A stretch of DNA of 64,000 nt from Minisyncoccota bacterium (GTDB lineage: Bacteria; Patescibacteriota; Minisyncoccia; Minisyncoccales; Minisyncoccaceae). The DNA lies in contig JBAZIG010000001.1 in the NCBI GenBank assembly GCA_041651955.1, positions 9,594 to 73,593 on the forward strand, written 5' to 3'. The notes under the pieces are model-generated. The model was not told where the DNA came from. It ran no database searches and worked only from the letters and a program-made list of their open reading frames with translations. The position numbers were made by a program, and so were the translations under genes. Below are positions 28,353 to 36,972 of this stretch, in pieces; positions within the stretch are counted from its first letter, which is position 1; each line of letters opens with the position of its first letter.

Positions 28353-29977
28353 TGAAAAAAAGGACAATACTATTTTTAATAATTTTAATTGCTGTTGGAA
28401 TTTTTGCTTATTTGTCTTGGCAAAGTATGTCTTTTTCTAAAGAAGTTTTAAGAATTGAAATACTGGCTCCAGAAAAAACGAACGTTGGGGAAGAAATTGA
28501 ATACATTGTTAAAATTAAAAATAACGGGAACATTAGATTGGAAAATCCTGAATTGATATTTGAATATCCCGAGAGTTCTGTTATCAGTGACAATGGGGAG
28601 AGAATAAAAACGATGTCTTCTAGTCAATTAAAAGGAGATATTTATCCTGGAGAAGAAAGAGTTTTTAAATTTAGCGCAGTTCTTTTAGGAAAAGAAAGGG
28701 ACGTTAAGATTGCCAAAGCAAGTATTTCTTTTCAACCAAAGGACTTAAAGACAAGAAGTGAGGTTTCAACAACCTTTACTACTATTTTGGGAGAGACACC
28801 GATTAATGTTTCAATAGAAGCTCCAGCGAGGGTTGGAGCAGGCAAGGCAGTTTCTTTGAGGGTAAATTATTCATCTAATGTGAATTATCCCCTAACCGAT
28901 TTAACTTGTTATGTTACTTATCCAACAGGATTTGATTTTCTTTATTCTCAACCAAGAGGCATAGACAATTCCCAGTTTGATATTCCTCTTTTGGGAGAGG
29001 CCGGTTCTGGTAAAATTGATATTTCTGGAATCATGAGCGGAGAAGCATCCGAACAGAAAGTTTTTAGAGCTAAAATTGGGATATGGCAAAACGGAAACTT
29101 TATTTTACTAAAAGAGGTTATTAAGGGAATTGAAATTAGCTCTCCTTCAATTTATTTAACTCAAAGGGTGAATGGTGATTCTGATCATGCTTCATCTCCA
29201 GGAGAAAAACTTCATTATGAAATAATTTTTCAAAATGTTGGAAACGAAGCATTAAGAGATTTAGCATTAATCACAAGGATAGAAGATAAATATATTGATG
29301 TTGATAGTATTGAGGTTGAGGGAGCCAAAATTGAAGACGGATCAATTATTTGGGAGGCAAGCAACTCAAGCGATTTGTCTTATTTAGATATTGGCCAAAT
29401 TGGTAAATTAGAATTTTGGGTCAATGTTTTGCCAGAAATTAAGGTTGATGGGCTAGAGAATAAAAATCCTAATATCAAAAATACAATAACAATAGGAGAG
29501 ACAAGGCAGGACTTTTTAACTAGAATAGAATCATCTATTGGTATTGCTCAAAAGTTTTATACTGATAATAAATACTTTGAAAATAGTGGTCCTTATCCGC
29601 TAGAAACAGGACAGAGAACCTATTTAACGATAGAATGGTCTGCGACAAGCACATTTAATGATATTGATAATGCTAAAATTATTACCGCCTTACCAGAAAG
29701 TATTACTTTTGAAAATAAAACATATTCTAGCGAGGAGACGGAAATAATATACAATGAAGAAACGAGCGAAGTAACTTGTAACATCGGTAGTATTCCTGCT
29801 GGTTCGGGAAGTATTAAAGAAGCAAAAGTTTGTGCTTTCCAAATATCAATTCAACCAGAAATAGCTGATGAAGTAATTATACTTTTAGGAGCAGCACAAT
29901 TGTCGGGAACAGATCAATGGACTGGAAAAACATTAACTGCGAAAACAGATATGCTTTATGCTCAAATGAGTTTTTAA
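28352..29977 (+). CDS. membrane-anchored protein with tandem Ig-like (CARDB/DUF11-like) repeats
   Basis: N-terminal TM/signal anchor. Repeated pattern 'V G E x I x Y x V/I x x x N x G N' (for example NVGEEIEYIVKIKNNGN, PGEKLHYEIIFQNVGN). Confidence 0.5.
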   Translation: MKKRTILFLIILIAVGIFAYLSWQSMSFSKEVLRIEILAPEKTNVGEEIEYIVKIKNNGNIRLENPELIFEYPESSVISDNGERIKTMSSSQLKGDIYPGEERVFKFSAVLLGKERDVKIAKASISFQPKDLKTRSEVSTTFTTILGETPINVSIEAPARVGAGKAVSLRVNYSSNVNYPLTDLTCYVTYPTGFDFLYSQPRGIDNSQFDIPLLGEAGSGKIDISGIMSGEASEQKVFRAKIGIWQNGNFILLKEVIKGIEISSPSIYLTQRVNGDSDHASSPGEKLHYEIIFQNVGNEALRDLALITRIEDKYIDVDSIEVEGAKIEDGSIIWEASNSSDLSYLDIGQIGKLEFWVNVLPEIKVDGLENKNPNIKNTITIGETRQDFLTRIESSIGIAQKFYTDNKYFENSGPYPLETGQRTYLTIEWSATSTFNDIDNAKIITALPESITFENKTYSSEETEIIYNEETSEVTCNIGSIPAGSGSIKEAKVCAFQISIQPEIADEVIILLGAAQLSGTDQWTGKTLTAKTDMLYAQMSF

Positions 29978-29981
29978 AAAT

Positions 29982-31298
29982 ATGAATAATTTTGATAAAA
30001 TAATATCGTTTGCAAAAAGAAGAGGGTTTGTCTTTCAATCATCAGAAATCTATGGTGGAATTGGTGGTTTTTATGATTACGGACCATTAGGAGTAGAATT
30101 AAGAAACAACATTAAAAATAGTTGGTGGAATTATATGGTTCGCCAAAGAGAAAACATCTTTGGATTAGATTCTGCCATTATTATGAATCCTAATATATGG
30201 AAGGCCTCAGGACATACAGAAACATTTTCAGATCCCTTGTCTGAATGTAAAAAATGTCACAAAAGATTTAGAACTGATCACTTAAAAGAAAATAAATGTC
30301 CAGAATGCAAAGGTGAATTAATGAAGTCCAAAAACTTTAATTTAATGTTTAGAACTTTTGTCGGAAGCGTTGAAGATAGTGCTAGTATTGCCTACTTGAG
30401 ACCAGAAACAGCTCAAGGAATTTTTGTTAATTATAAGAACATACTAAATACACAAAGGACAAGGGTTCCTTTTGGAATTGCCCAAATTGGAAAAGCATTT
30501 AGAAATGAAATTACTCCTGGCAATTTTATTTTTAGAACAAGAGAATTTGAACAAATGGAAATGGAATACTTTGTTAAGCCAGGAGAAGAAGATAAAACAC
30601 TTGAATATTGGGTAGAGCAAAGAATGAATTGGTATGTTGATGTTTTAGGAATTAAAAGGGAAAATTTGAGGGCAAGAAAACAAGAAAAAGATGAGTTGGC
30701 TCATTATTCTAAGGGCTGTTTTGATATAGAATATAATTTCCCTGTTGGTTGGTCTGAAATTGAAGGAATTGCCAGTAGGGGCAACTTTGATTTATCTCAA
30801 CACCAAAAGTTTTCAGGTGAAGATCTTAATTATTTTGACGATCAGACAAAAGAAAAATATCTTCCTTATGTCATTGAACCATCATGCGGATTAGATAGAA
30901 CCTTTTTAGCAGTTTTGTGTGATGCTTTTACCGAAATTGAAGGGGGCAGAACAACTACAACTGAATCAAACAAAGAAAAGGAATTCTTATTGAAATTAAA
31001 TAAAAGCATTGCTCCAATCAAAGTAGCAATTTTGCCTCTTGTTAAAAATAAAGAAGAAATTACAAGTAAAGCAAGAGAGGTCTATAAAATGCTTCAAAAT
31101 AATTTTTCTTGCCAGTATGATGAGACGGGAGCGATAGGAAGAAGATACAGAAGACAAGATGAAATTGGAACTCCATTTGCTATAACCATTGATTTTGATA
31201 GTATTACTAATAATGATGTTACATTAAGGAATAGGGACACAATGTCTCAAGAAAGAGTTAAAATTGAAGATTTAATTTTAAAAATAAATGAAAATTAA
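29982..31298 (+). CDS. glyQS: glycine--tRNA ligase (alpha2-type)
   Basis: N-terminus RRGFVFQSSEIYGG..GFYDYGPLG, class II motifs (FRNEITP, GLDR), and a CxxC..CxxC insertion. Confidence 0.95.
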   Translation: MNNFDKIISFAKRRGFVFQSSEIYGGIGGFYDYGPLGVELRNNIKNSWWNYMVRQRENIFGLDSAIIMNPNIWKASGHTETFSDPLSECKKCHKRFRTDHLKENKCPECKGELMKSKNFNLMFRTFVGSVEDSASIAYLRPETAQGIFVNYKNILNTQRTRVPFGIAQIGKAFRNEITPGNFIFRTREFEQMEMEYFVKPGEEDKTLEYWVEQRMNWYVDVLGIKRENLRARKQEKDELAHYSKGCFDIEYNFPVGWSEIEGIASRGNFDLSQHQKFSGEDLNYFDDQTKEKYLPYVIEPSCGLDRTFLAVLCDAFTEIEGGRTTTTESNKEKEFLLKLNKSIAPIKVAILPLVKNKEEITSKAREVYKMLQNNFSCQYDETGAIGRRYRRQDEIGTPFAITIDFDSITNNDVTLRNRDTMSQERVKIEDLILKINEN

Positions 31299-32313
31299 TT
31301 TTCCTTATACTTTAAACATTTTTTTACCAATCATTGGTTGGTCAATTCTTTGTAGTGCTTTTTCGTTTTTTTTGATATTATCTCTTGCAAAATTTGAAGT
31401 AGAAACAGCAAAATATGCTTTTATTTATATTTTCCCAGCGCTCGTAATCCTTTTTGCTTTTTTAGGAATAGTGAGATATGGAGGAGCAAAGTTTTGGTTT
31501 GGAGAAGAAATTAAAACGGTCAATAAAAACATATCAGCAACAGAAGAATTTTTAGTATTTGGAACGGATGATATTAAAAAAACATTTACCTCTTTAGTTT
31601 ACATATCAAACAGTGCCACCATTAACATTTTTGCTGGGGGACTATCTGTTTTAGTTTTAATAATTTTAACATTATGGATTAACCAAGCATCTTCTTTTGA
31701 CCTAATGGTTGTTGTTATCGGAGGAGTTATAGCGATCTTTTTTTCTTGTGCTTTTTCAACATTTTTTTGCCAGCAGGCTATTTTCGGATCAGTTAAGAAA
31801 TGCAGAAGAGTATTAACAGAAAGAGGAGAGGACACTGAAGATATAATTCTTTCAAGTATTGCTCCCAAATTTTATTTTCTTTTCTTTTTGCCATTTTTTA
31901 CTATTTTAATAGTTTTGCTTTTTATCCCCTCTTTTAGTTTTAATGCAGCGATGCTTTGTTTTATAGGTCTTTTAATGACTTTTATTATTGATAAAACATT
32001 GTTTTCTTATATATCTAATTCGCTAAACGAACTTCAAGGTTTTGCTAAAGAATTACCATTAGGAGACAGGGCCGTTTTTATTACAGGTAGTTTGGATGAA
32101 GAAATAGTTAGTTTAGCAGAAGCACTAAATAGAGCATCAGAACAAATTTATTCTTCAAAGAAAGAATTAGAAAAATCAAAAGAAGATATGGCTAAAAGAG
32201 TTGAGGAATTAGAGAAGTTCTTTAAATTAACGGTCAATAGAGAATTAAGAATGATAGAATTAAAAAAACAACTAAAAAAATGTACAGAAAAACAAAACTC
32301 AAAAATGGATTAA
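31288..32313 (+). CDS. hypothetical polytopic membrane protein with C-terminal coiled coil
   Basis: About 6 TM segments, then a HAMP-like linker and the K/E-rich helix ...VEELEKFFKLTVNRELRMIELKKQ. No output domain. Confidence 0.45.
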   Translation: MKINFPYTLNIFLPIIGWSILCSAFSFFLILSLAKFEVETAKYAFIYIFPALVILFAFLGIVRYGGAKFWFGEEIKTVNKNISATEEFLVFGTDDIKKTFTSLVYISNSATINIFAGGLSVLVLIILTLWINQASSFDLMVVVIGGVIAIFFSCAFSTFFCQQAIFGSVKKCRRVLTERGEDTEDIILSSIAPKFYFLFFLPFFTILIVLLFIPSFSFNAAMLCFIGLLMTFIIDKTLFSYISNSLNELQGFAKELPLGDRAVFITGSLDEEIVSLAEALNRASEQIYSSKKELEKSKEDMAKRVEELEKFFKLTVNRELRMIELKKQLKKCTEKQNSKMD

Positions 32314-33530
32314 GAATTATTACTGTTCCTCAAAAAGAAACTAAAACTGTGACGGTTTTAGTTTTAGTTGGCGCCGGATCTAAATACGAAAGCAAAAACA
32401 TTTCAGGAATATCTCACTTTTTAGAACATATGTTTTTTAAGGGAACAGATAAAAGAAAAAACCCAATGGAGGTTGCTGAAGAATTAGATAGGGTTGGAGG
32501 AGAATATAATGCTTTTACGGGAGAAGAATATACTGGATATTACGCCAAAGTAAATCATTCTAATTTTCTCCTTGCTTTAGATTGGGTCTCTGATATATTT
32601 TTGAATTCAAAGATTCCTAGCAAGGAACTATTAAAAGAGAGAGGAGTGATTATTGAAGAAATCAATATGTATAAGGAAAACCCAATGATGTATATTGGTG
32701 ACTTATGGAAAAAAGTTCTTTATGGAGATCAGCCAGCTGGTTGGGACATTGCGGGAACACCAGAAAATGTTTTATCAATAAGCAGAGAAGATATTAAAAA
32801 ATATAGAGAAAATCACTATACAGCTTCAAATACAATAGTTTGCATTGCTGGAAAAATTAATGAAGACGAGGCGATCAAAAAAGTAAAGACATATTTTTCA
32901 AAGATTAACAGCAATTTACCAAAGGAAAAAATAAAAGTAGTAGAAAAACAAAAAAGTCCCAAGACAAAAATTATTTACAAAAAAGTAAACCAGGTTAATG
33001 TCGCTCTTGGAGTAAGGGGTTATAATATAAATCATCCCCACAAACACACTCTAGATTTAATTTCTGTAATACTAGGCGGTTCAATGAGTTCAAGATTGTT
33101 TAAAGAAATTAGAGAAAAATTGGGGGCCGCTTATTATGTAAGAACGTATAACTATAATGACACAGATAGCGGTTCTTTGGTTACTTTTGCTGGTGTTGAT
33201 AAAAGAAAATTAAATAAAGTTATAGAAGTAATTTTAAAAGAGTATAAAAAACTTACCAAAATAAAAGTTTCAGAAAAAGAGCTTAAAAAAGCAAAAGAAT
33301 ATATTAAGGGAAAGGCAATTTTGGCAATGGAATCTTCTGATTCTCAAGCATCTTTTTATGGAATGCAAGAATTATTAAAAAATGATATAGTTTCCTTAGA
33401 TGATACATTTAAAAAAATTGATAAGGTTACAACAAACGATATAATGATGATGGCAAAAGATATTTTTAAAAATGAAAAGTTAAATATGGCCCTAATCGGA
33501 CCAGTTAAGAATAAAGAAATAAAATTATGA
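32280..33530 (+). CDS. M16-family (pitrilysin/insulinase-like) zinc peptidase
   Basis: Inverted zinc motif HFLEHMFFKG and downstream glutamate region (GGEYNAFTGEE). Confidence 0.85.
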   Translation: MYRKTKLKNGLRIITVPQKETKTVTVLVLVGAGSKYESKNISGISHFLEHMFFKGTDKRKNPMEVAEELDRVGGEYNAFTGEEYTGYYAKVNHSNFLLALDWVSDIFLNSKIPSKELLKERGVIIEEINMYKENPMMYIGDLWKKVLYGDQPAGWDIAGTPENVLSISREDIKKYRENHYTASNTIVCIAGKINEDEAIKKVKTYFSKINSNLPKEKIKVVEKQKSPKTKIIYKKVNQVNVALGVRGYNINHPHKHTLDLISVILGGSMSSRLFKEIREKLGAAYYVRTYNYNDTDSGSLVTFAGVDKRKLNKVIEVILKEYKKLTKIKVSEKELKKAKEYIKGKAILAMESSDSQASFYGMQELLKNDIVSLDDTFKKIDKVTTNDIMMMAKDIFKNEKLNMALIGPVKNKEIKL

Positions 33531-34519
33531 CTCAAATAGATATTTCATGGCAAACAATTTTTAAAATAGTTTTTGTTTCCCTTCTTTTTTATGCAATTTT
33601 TATTTTGAAAGGAGTGCTTGGTTGGATTTTTATAGCTTTGATTATATCAATCCTTGTAAACCCAATAATTGATTTTCTAAAAATTAATAGGGTTCTTTCT
33701 TCTACGTTAGTTTACTTTCTTATTTTACTAATTTTTGGTTTTTTTATATATCTCATCGTCCCTCCTTTAGTTTTAGAAATTCAATCATTTAGTGGTGTTT
33801 TTGGTAATTATTTTAATGAACTGCCAGCATTTTTGAGTAATATAGGATTGGATTCTTTTGATAAGTTTTATGATCTTGGAACTAAATTTAACGAAACACT
33901 AATCAAAATATCTTCTAATCTGTTCAATGTTTTTGCTTCTCTTTTCGGAAGTATTTTTGCTGGCATAACGATATTCACTTTGGCATTGTTTTTTTCAATA
34001 GAAAAGGATGATATTTTAAAAGGTATAAGGACAATAACTCCTAAAAGATTTGAGCAGCAAGTTTTGGATAGGTGGGAAAAAAGTCAAAAGCATGTTGTTG
34101 GTTGGTTTGGTAGTAGAATCATATCTTCCATTTTTATAGGAGTAATGACATTTGTTTTGTGTGTTTTTTTGGATATTAAATTTGCTTTAATGTGGGGACT
34201 ATTATCGGGAGTGTTAAATATCGTTCCAATGATTGGACCAGTTGTAGCAGCCCTAGTAGTTGGACTTTTTGTTTTGATAGAGTCGCTTCCTAAGGCCATA
34301 TTAATTACGGTTTTTGCAATCATTATCCAACAAATAGAAAGTAATCTTTTGATGCCGATATTAAGTAAGAAGATTAATGGATTGCCGGTCTCTCTTGTTT
34401 TAATCTCTATTTTAATCGGAGGGGTTGTTTGGGGGGTTATGGGTGCTGTATTGTCTATTCCTGTTGCAGGAATAATTTTTGAAAGTTTTAAGGATTATTT
34501 TAAAAGTAAAAAAGAATGA
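33527..34519 (+). CDS. AI-2E family transporter (PerM/UPF0118)
   Basis: 8-TM topology with family blocks (NIVPMIGPVVAA, LMPILSKK..LPVSLVLISIL). Confidence 0.8.
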   Translation: MTQIDISWQTIFKIVFVSLLFYAIFILKGVLGWIFIALIISILVNPIIDFLKINRVLSSTLVYFLILLIFGFFIYLIVPPLVLEIQSFSGVFGNYFNELPAFLSNIGLDSFDKFYDLGTKFNETLIKISSNLFNVFASLFGSIFAGITIFTLALFFSIEKDDILKGIRTITPKRFEQQVLDRWEKSQKHVVGWFGSRIISSIFIGVMTFVLCVFLDIKFALMWGLLSGVLNIVPMIGPVVAALVVGLFVLIESLPKAILITVFAIIIQQIESNLLMPILSKKINGLPVSLVLISILIGGVVWGVMGAVLSIPVAGIIFESFKDYFKSKKE

Positions 34520-35946
34520 AAAAAGTTTTTGTTTCAACCTCAATTCCTTATGTTAATGCGATTCCCCATCTTGGTCATGCGTTAGAACTTGTTCAAGCAG
34601 ATGTAATAGCTAGGCATCACAGAATTTTGGGTGATGAAGTTTTCTTTTTATCAGGAACCGATGAGAATAGTTTAAAAAATGTAAGAAGTGCCGAAAATGC
34701 TGGAGAAGAAGTTTTGGCCTTTGTTCACAAAAATTATCTTGCCTTTTTAAGCTTAAAAGAATTACTTAATATCAGCAATGATGATTTTATAAGAACAACA
34801 GAAAAAAGACACTTTGATGGTGCTCAAAAATTATGGACTGTTTGCAAAAAAGACATATATAAGAAAAAATATAGTGGTCTTTATTGTGTTGGTTGCGAAG
34901 AATATTATAAAGAAGAAGATCTTGTTGATGGATTGTGTCCAGATCATAAGGTGGCCCCAGAATTAATTGAAGAAGAAAATTACTTTTTTAAGTTGTCCAA
35001 TTATCAAGAAAAAATAAAAGAACTGATTGAAAAAGAAGAAGTTAAAATTATTCCTCAATCAAGAAAGAACGAAATACTTAGTTTTATTAATTCTGGTTTG
35101 CAAGATTTTTGTATATCAAGAACGAGCGAAAGAGCAAAAGGTTGGGGAATAGATGTTCCTGGTGATGCAACACAAAAAATGTGGGTATGGTTTGATGCGT
35201 TATCAAATTATATCAACGCTCTTGGTTATGGAAGCGAAGACGAATCAAGATTTTTGGATTTTTGGCAAAATAATGATTGTAAAATACACGTAATGGGAAA
35301 AGGCATAAATAGATTTCATTCTGTTTACTGGCTAGCAATTTTACTTTCTGCAGGAATTAGCTTGCCTAAAACTTTGTTTGTTCATGGTTACGTTACTGTT
35401 GATAACCAAAAAATGTCAAAAAGTTTAGGCAATGTTATTAATCCTTCCGAATTGGTAGAAAAATATGGAGTTGATGCTGTAAGATATTTTTTATTAAGAG
35501 AAATTCCTGCCTTGGGAGATGGTGATTTTACTTTTGAAAAATTTGAGAAAAGATATAATTCTGATTTGGCTGGGGGGATAGGTAATTTATTATCAAGAAC
35601 AATAACAATGATAAATAAAAAGAATATATCTTTTAATAAAGAACCAACAGAAGATTTTTTTGATAAAGCTAAAGAAATAGAAAAAAAAGTAGAAGATAAT
35701 TTCATTAAATTTAATGACACCCTTAATGAAATATGGGATTTAGTTTCTTTTTGCGATAAATATATTGAAGAAAAAAAACCATGGGCGGTAGATGATAAAG
35801 AAGAAAATGAAATAATATTTTCAAACATAATTTATTCATTAAAAAAAATATCTCAAATGTTAAAACCATTTTTACCCAAAACATCGGATAAAATAGAAGA
35901 ACAGATAAAAACACTCAAAGTAGAACCATTATTTCCAAGAATATGA
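34516..35946 (+). CDS. metG: methionine--tRNA ligase (short form)
   Basis: PYVNAIPHLGHALE (HIGH), KMSKSLGN, and CxxC..C zinc knuckle region. Confidence 0.95.
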   Translation: MKKVFVSTSIPYVNAIPHLGHALELVQADVIARHHRILGDEVFFLSGTDENSLKNVRSAENAGEEVLAFVHKNYLAFLSLKELLNISNDDFIRTTEKRHFDGAQKLWTVCKKDIYKKKYSGLYCVGCEEYYKEEDLVDGLCPDHKVAPELIEEENYFFKLSNYQEKIKELIEKEEVKIIPQSRKNEILSFINSGLQDFCISRTSERAKGWGIDVPGDATQKMWVWFDALSNYINALGYGSEDESRFLDFWQNNDCKIHVMGKGINRFHSVYWLAILLSAGISLPKTLFVHGYVTVDNQKMSKSLGNVINPSELVEKYGVDAVRYFLLREIPALGDGDFTFEKFEKRYNSDLAGGIGNLLSRTITMINKKNISFNKEPTEDFFDKAKEIEKKVEDNFIKFNDTLNEIWDLVSFCDKYIEEKKPWAVDDKEENEIIFSNIIYSLKKISQMLKPFLPKTSDKIEEQIKTLKVEPLFPRI

Positions 35947-36737
35947 TAATTGATACTCACGCACATCTTAATTTTTTTGAATTTGATAAAGATAGGGAGG
36001 AGTTAATCAATAATTTAATTAAAAAAAATTATAAAATAATTAATGTTGGAACCAATAAAGAAAGTTCAATGGATTGCATTTGTTTGTCAAGAAAAAATGT
36101 TTATGCATCAATTGGTCTCCATCCATTAAATATAGAATCAAAATTAAAAATTAAAGGGGAAACGGATAAAAGAGAAGATGATTTTGATTATAATTATTAT
36201 AAAAAATTATCTAAAATGAAGGGGGTGGTAGCAATAGGAGAGGCTGGTCTTGACTATTGGTATAAGCCAAAAGGAAAACTAGAAAGAGAGGGATATATTA
36301 ATAAACAAAAAGAAGTTTTTGAAAAACAATTAGAATTAGCTAGGGAAACAAATTTACCAATAATAATCCATTGCAGAAAAGCTTTTGATGATTTGATTGA
36401 TATATTGTCTAAAAAAAATATTCCGGGAGTAATTCATTGTTTTACGGGAACTAGAGAAAATGCAGATAAATTATTAAAACTAGGTTATTATTTTGGAATT
36501 AATGGCATTATCTTTAAAGTTGATCTAAAAGAATCCATTAAGGCAATTCCTTTAGAAAAGATATTATTGGAAACAGATTGTCCTTATCTTTCTCCCCCTC
36601 AATTTGAAGAGAGAAATAATCCTCTTTCAATTAATTTGATTATTGATGAAATATCAAGGATTAAAGGATGCTCAAAAGAAGAACTAATTAAAAAAACAAC
36701 TAATAATGCCATAAAGTTATTTAAGATTGATTATTAA
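35943..36737 (+). CDS. tatD: TatD-family metal-dependent hydrolase
   Basis: IDTHAHL start, IGEAGLDY, IIHCR and ETDCPYL motifs. Confidence 0.9.
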   Translation: MIIDTHAHLNFFEFDKDREELINNLIKKNYKIINVGTNKESSMDCICLSRKNVYASIGLHPLNIESKLKIKGETDKREDDFDYNYYKKLSKMKGVVAIGEAGLDYWYKPKGKLEREGYINKQKEVFEKQLELARETNLPIIIHCRKAFDDLIDILSKKNIPGVIHCFTGTRENADKLLKLGYYFGINGIIFKVDLKESIKAIPLEKILLETDCPYLSPPQFEERNNPLSINLIIDEISRIKGCSKEELIKKTTNNAIKLFKIDY

Positions 36738-36744
36738 GAGAATT

Positions 36745-36972
36745 ATGGTATTATTTAGTTATATGTTAGATATAGTGGAGATATTATATATATTAAGAGC
36801 GGTATTATTTGGTATTTTTGTAGGGTATTCAATTTCTTTCTTTTTTAGATATTTTAAACCAATTGCAGAAAAATTATTAGGCAAAAATAGAATAAATGTT
36901 GATTTGTGGTGGTGGACAGGAATAGCGACATCAATTATTCTAGGAATTTTATCAATGTTAATTCTTTTATGA
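36745..36972 (+). CDS. small two-TM hypothetical membrane protein
   Basis: 75-aa ORF with two hydrophobic helices. It ends in an ATGA junction with leuS. The start is uncertain (TTG 36727 or ATG 36745). Confidence 0.35.
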   Translation: MVLFSYMLDIVEILYILRAVLFGIFVGYSISFFFRYFKPIAEKLLGKNRINVDLWWWTGIATSIILGILSMLILL

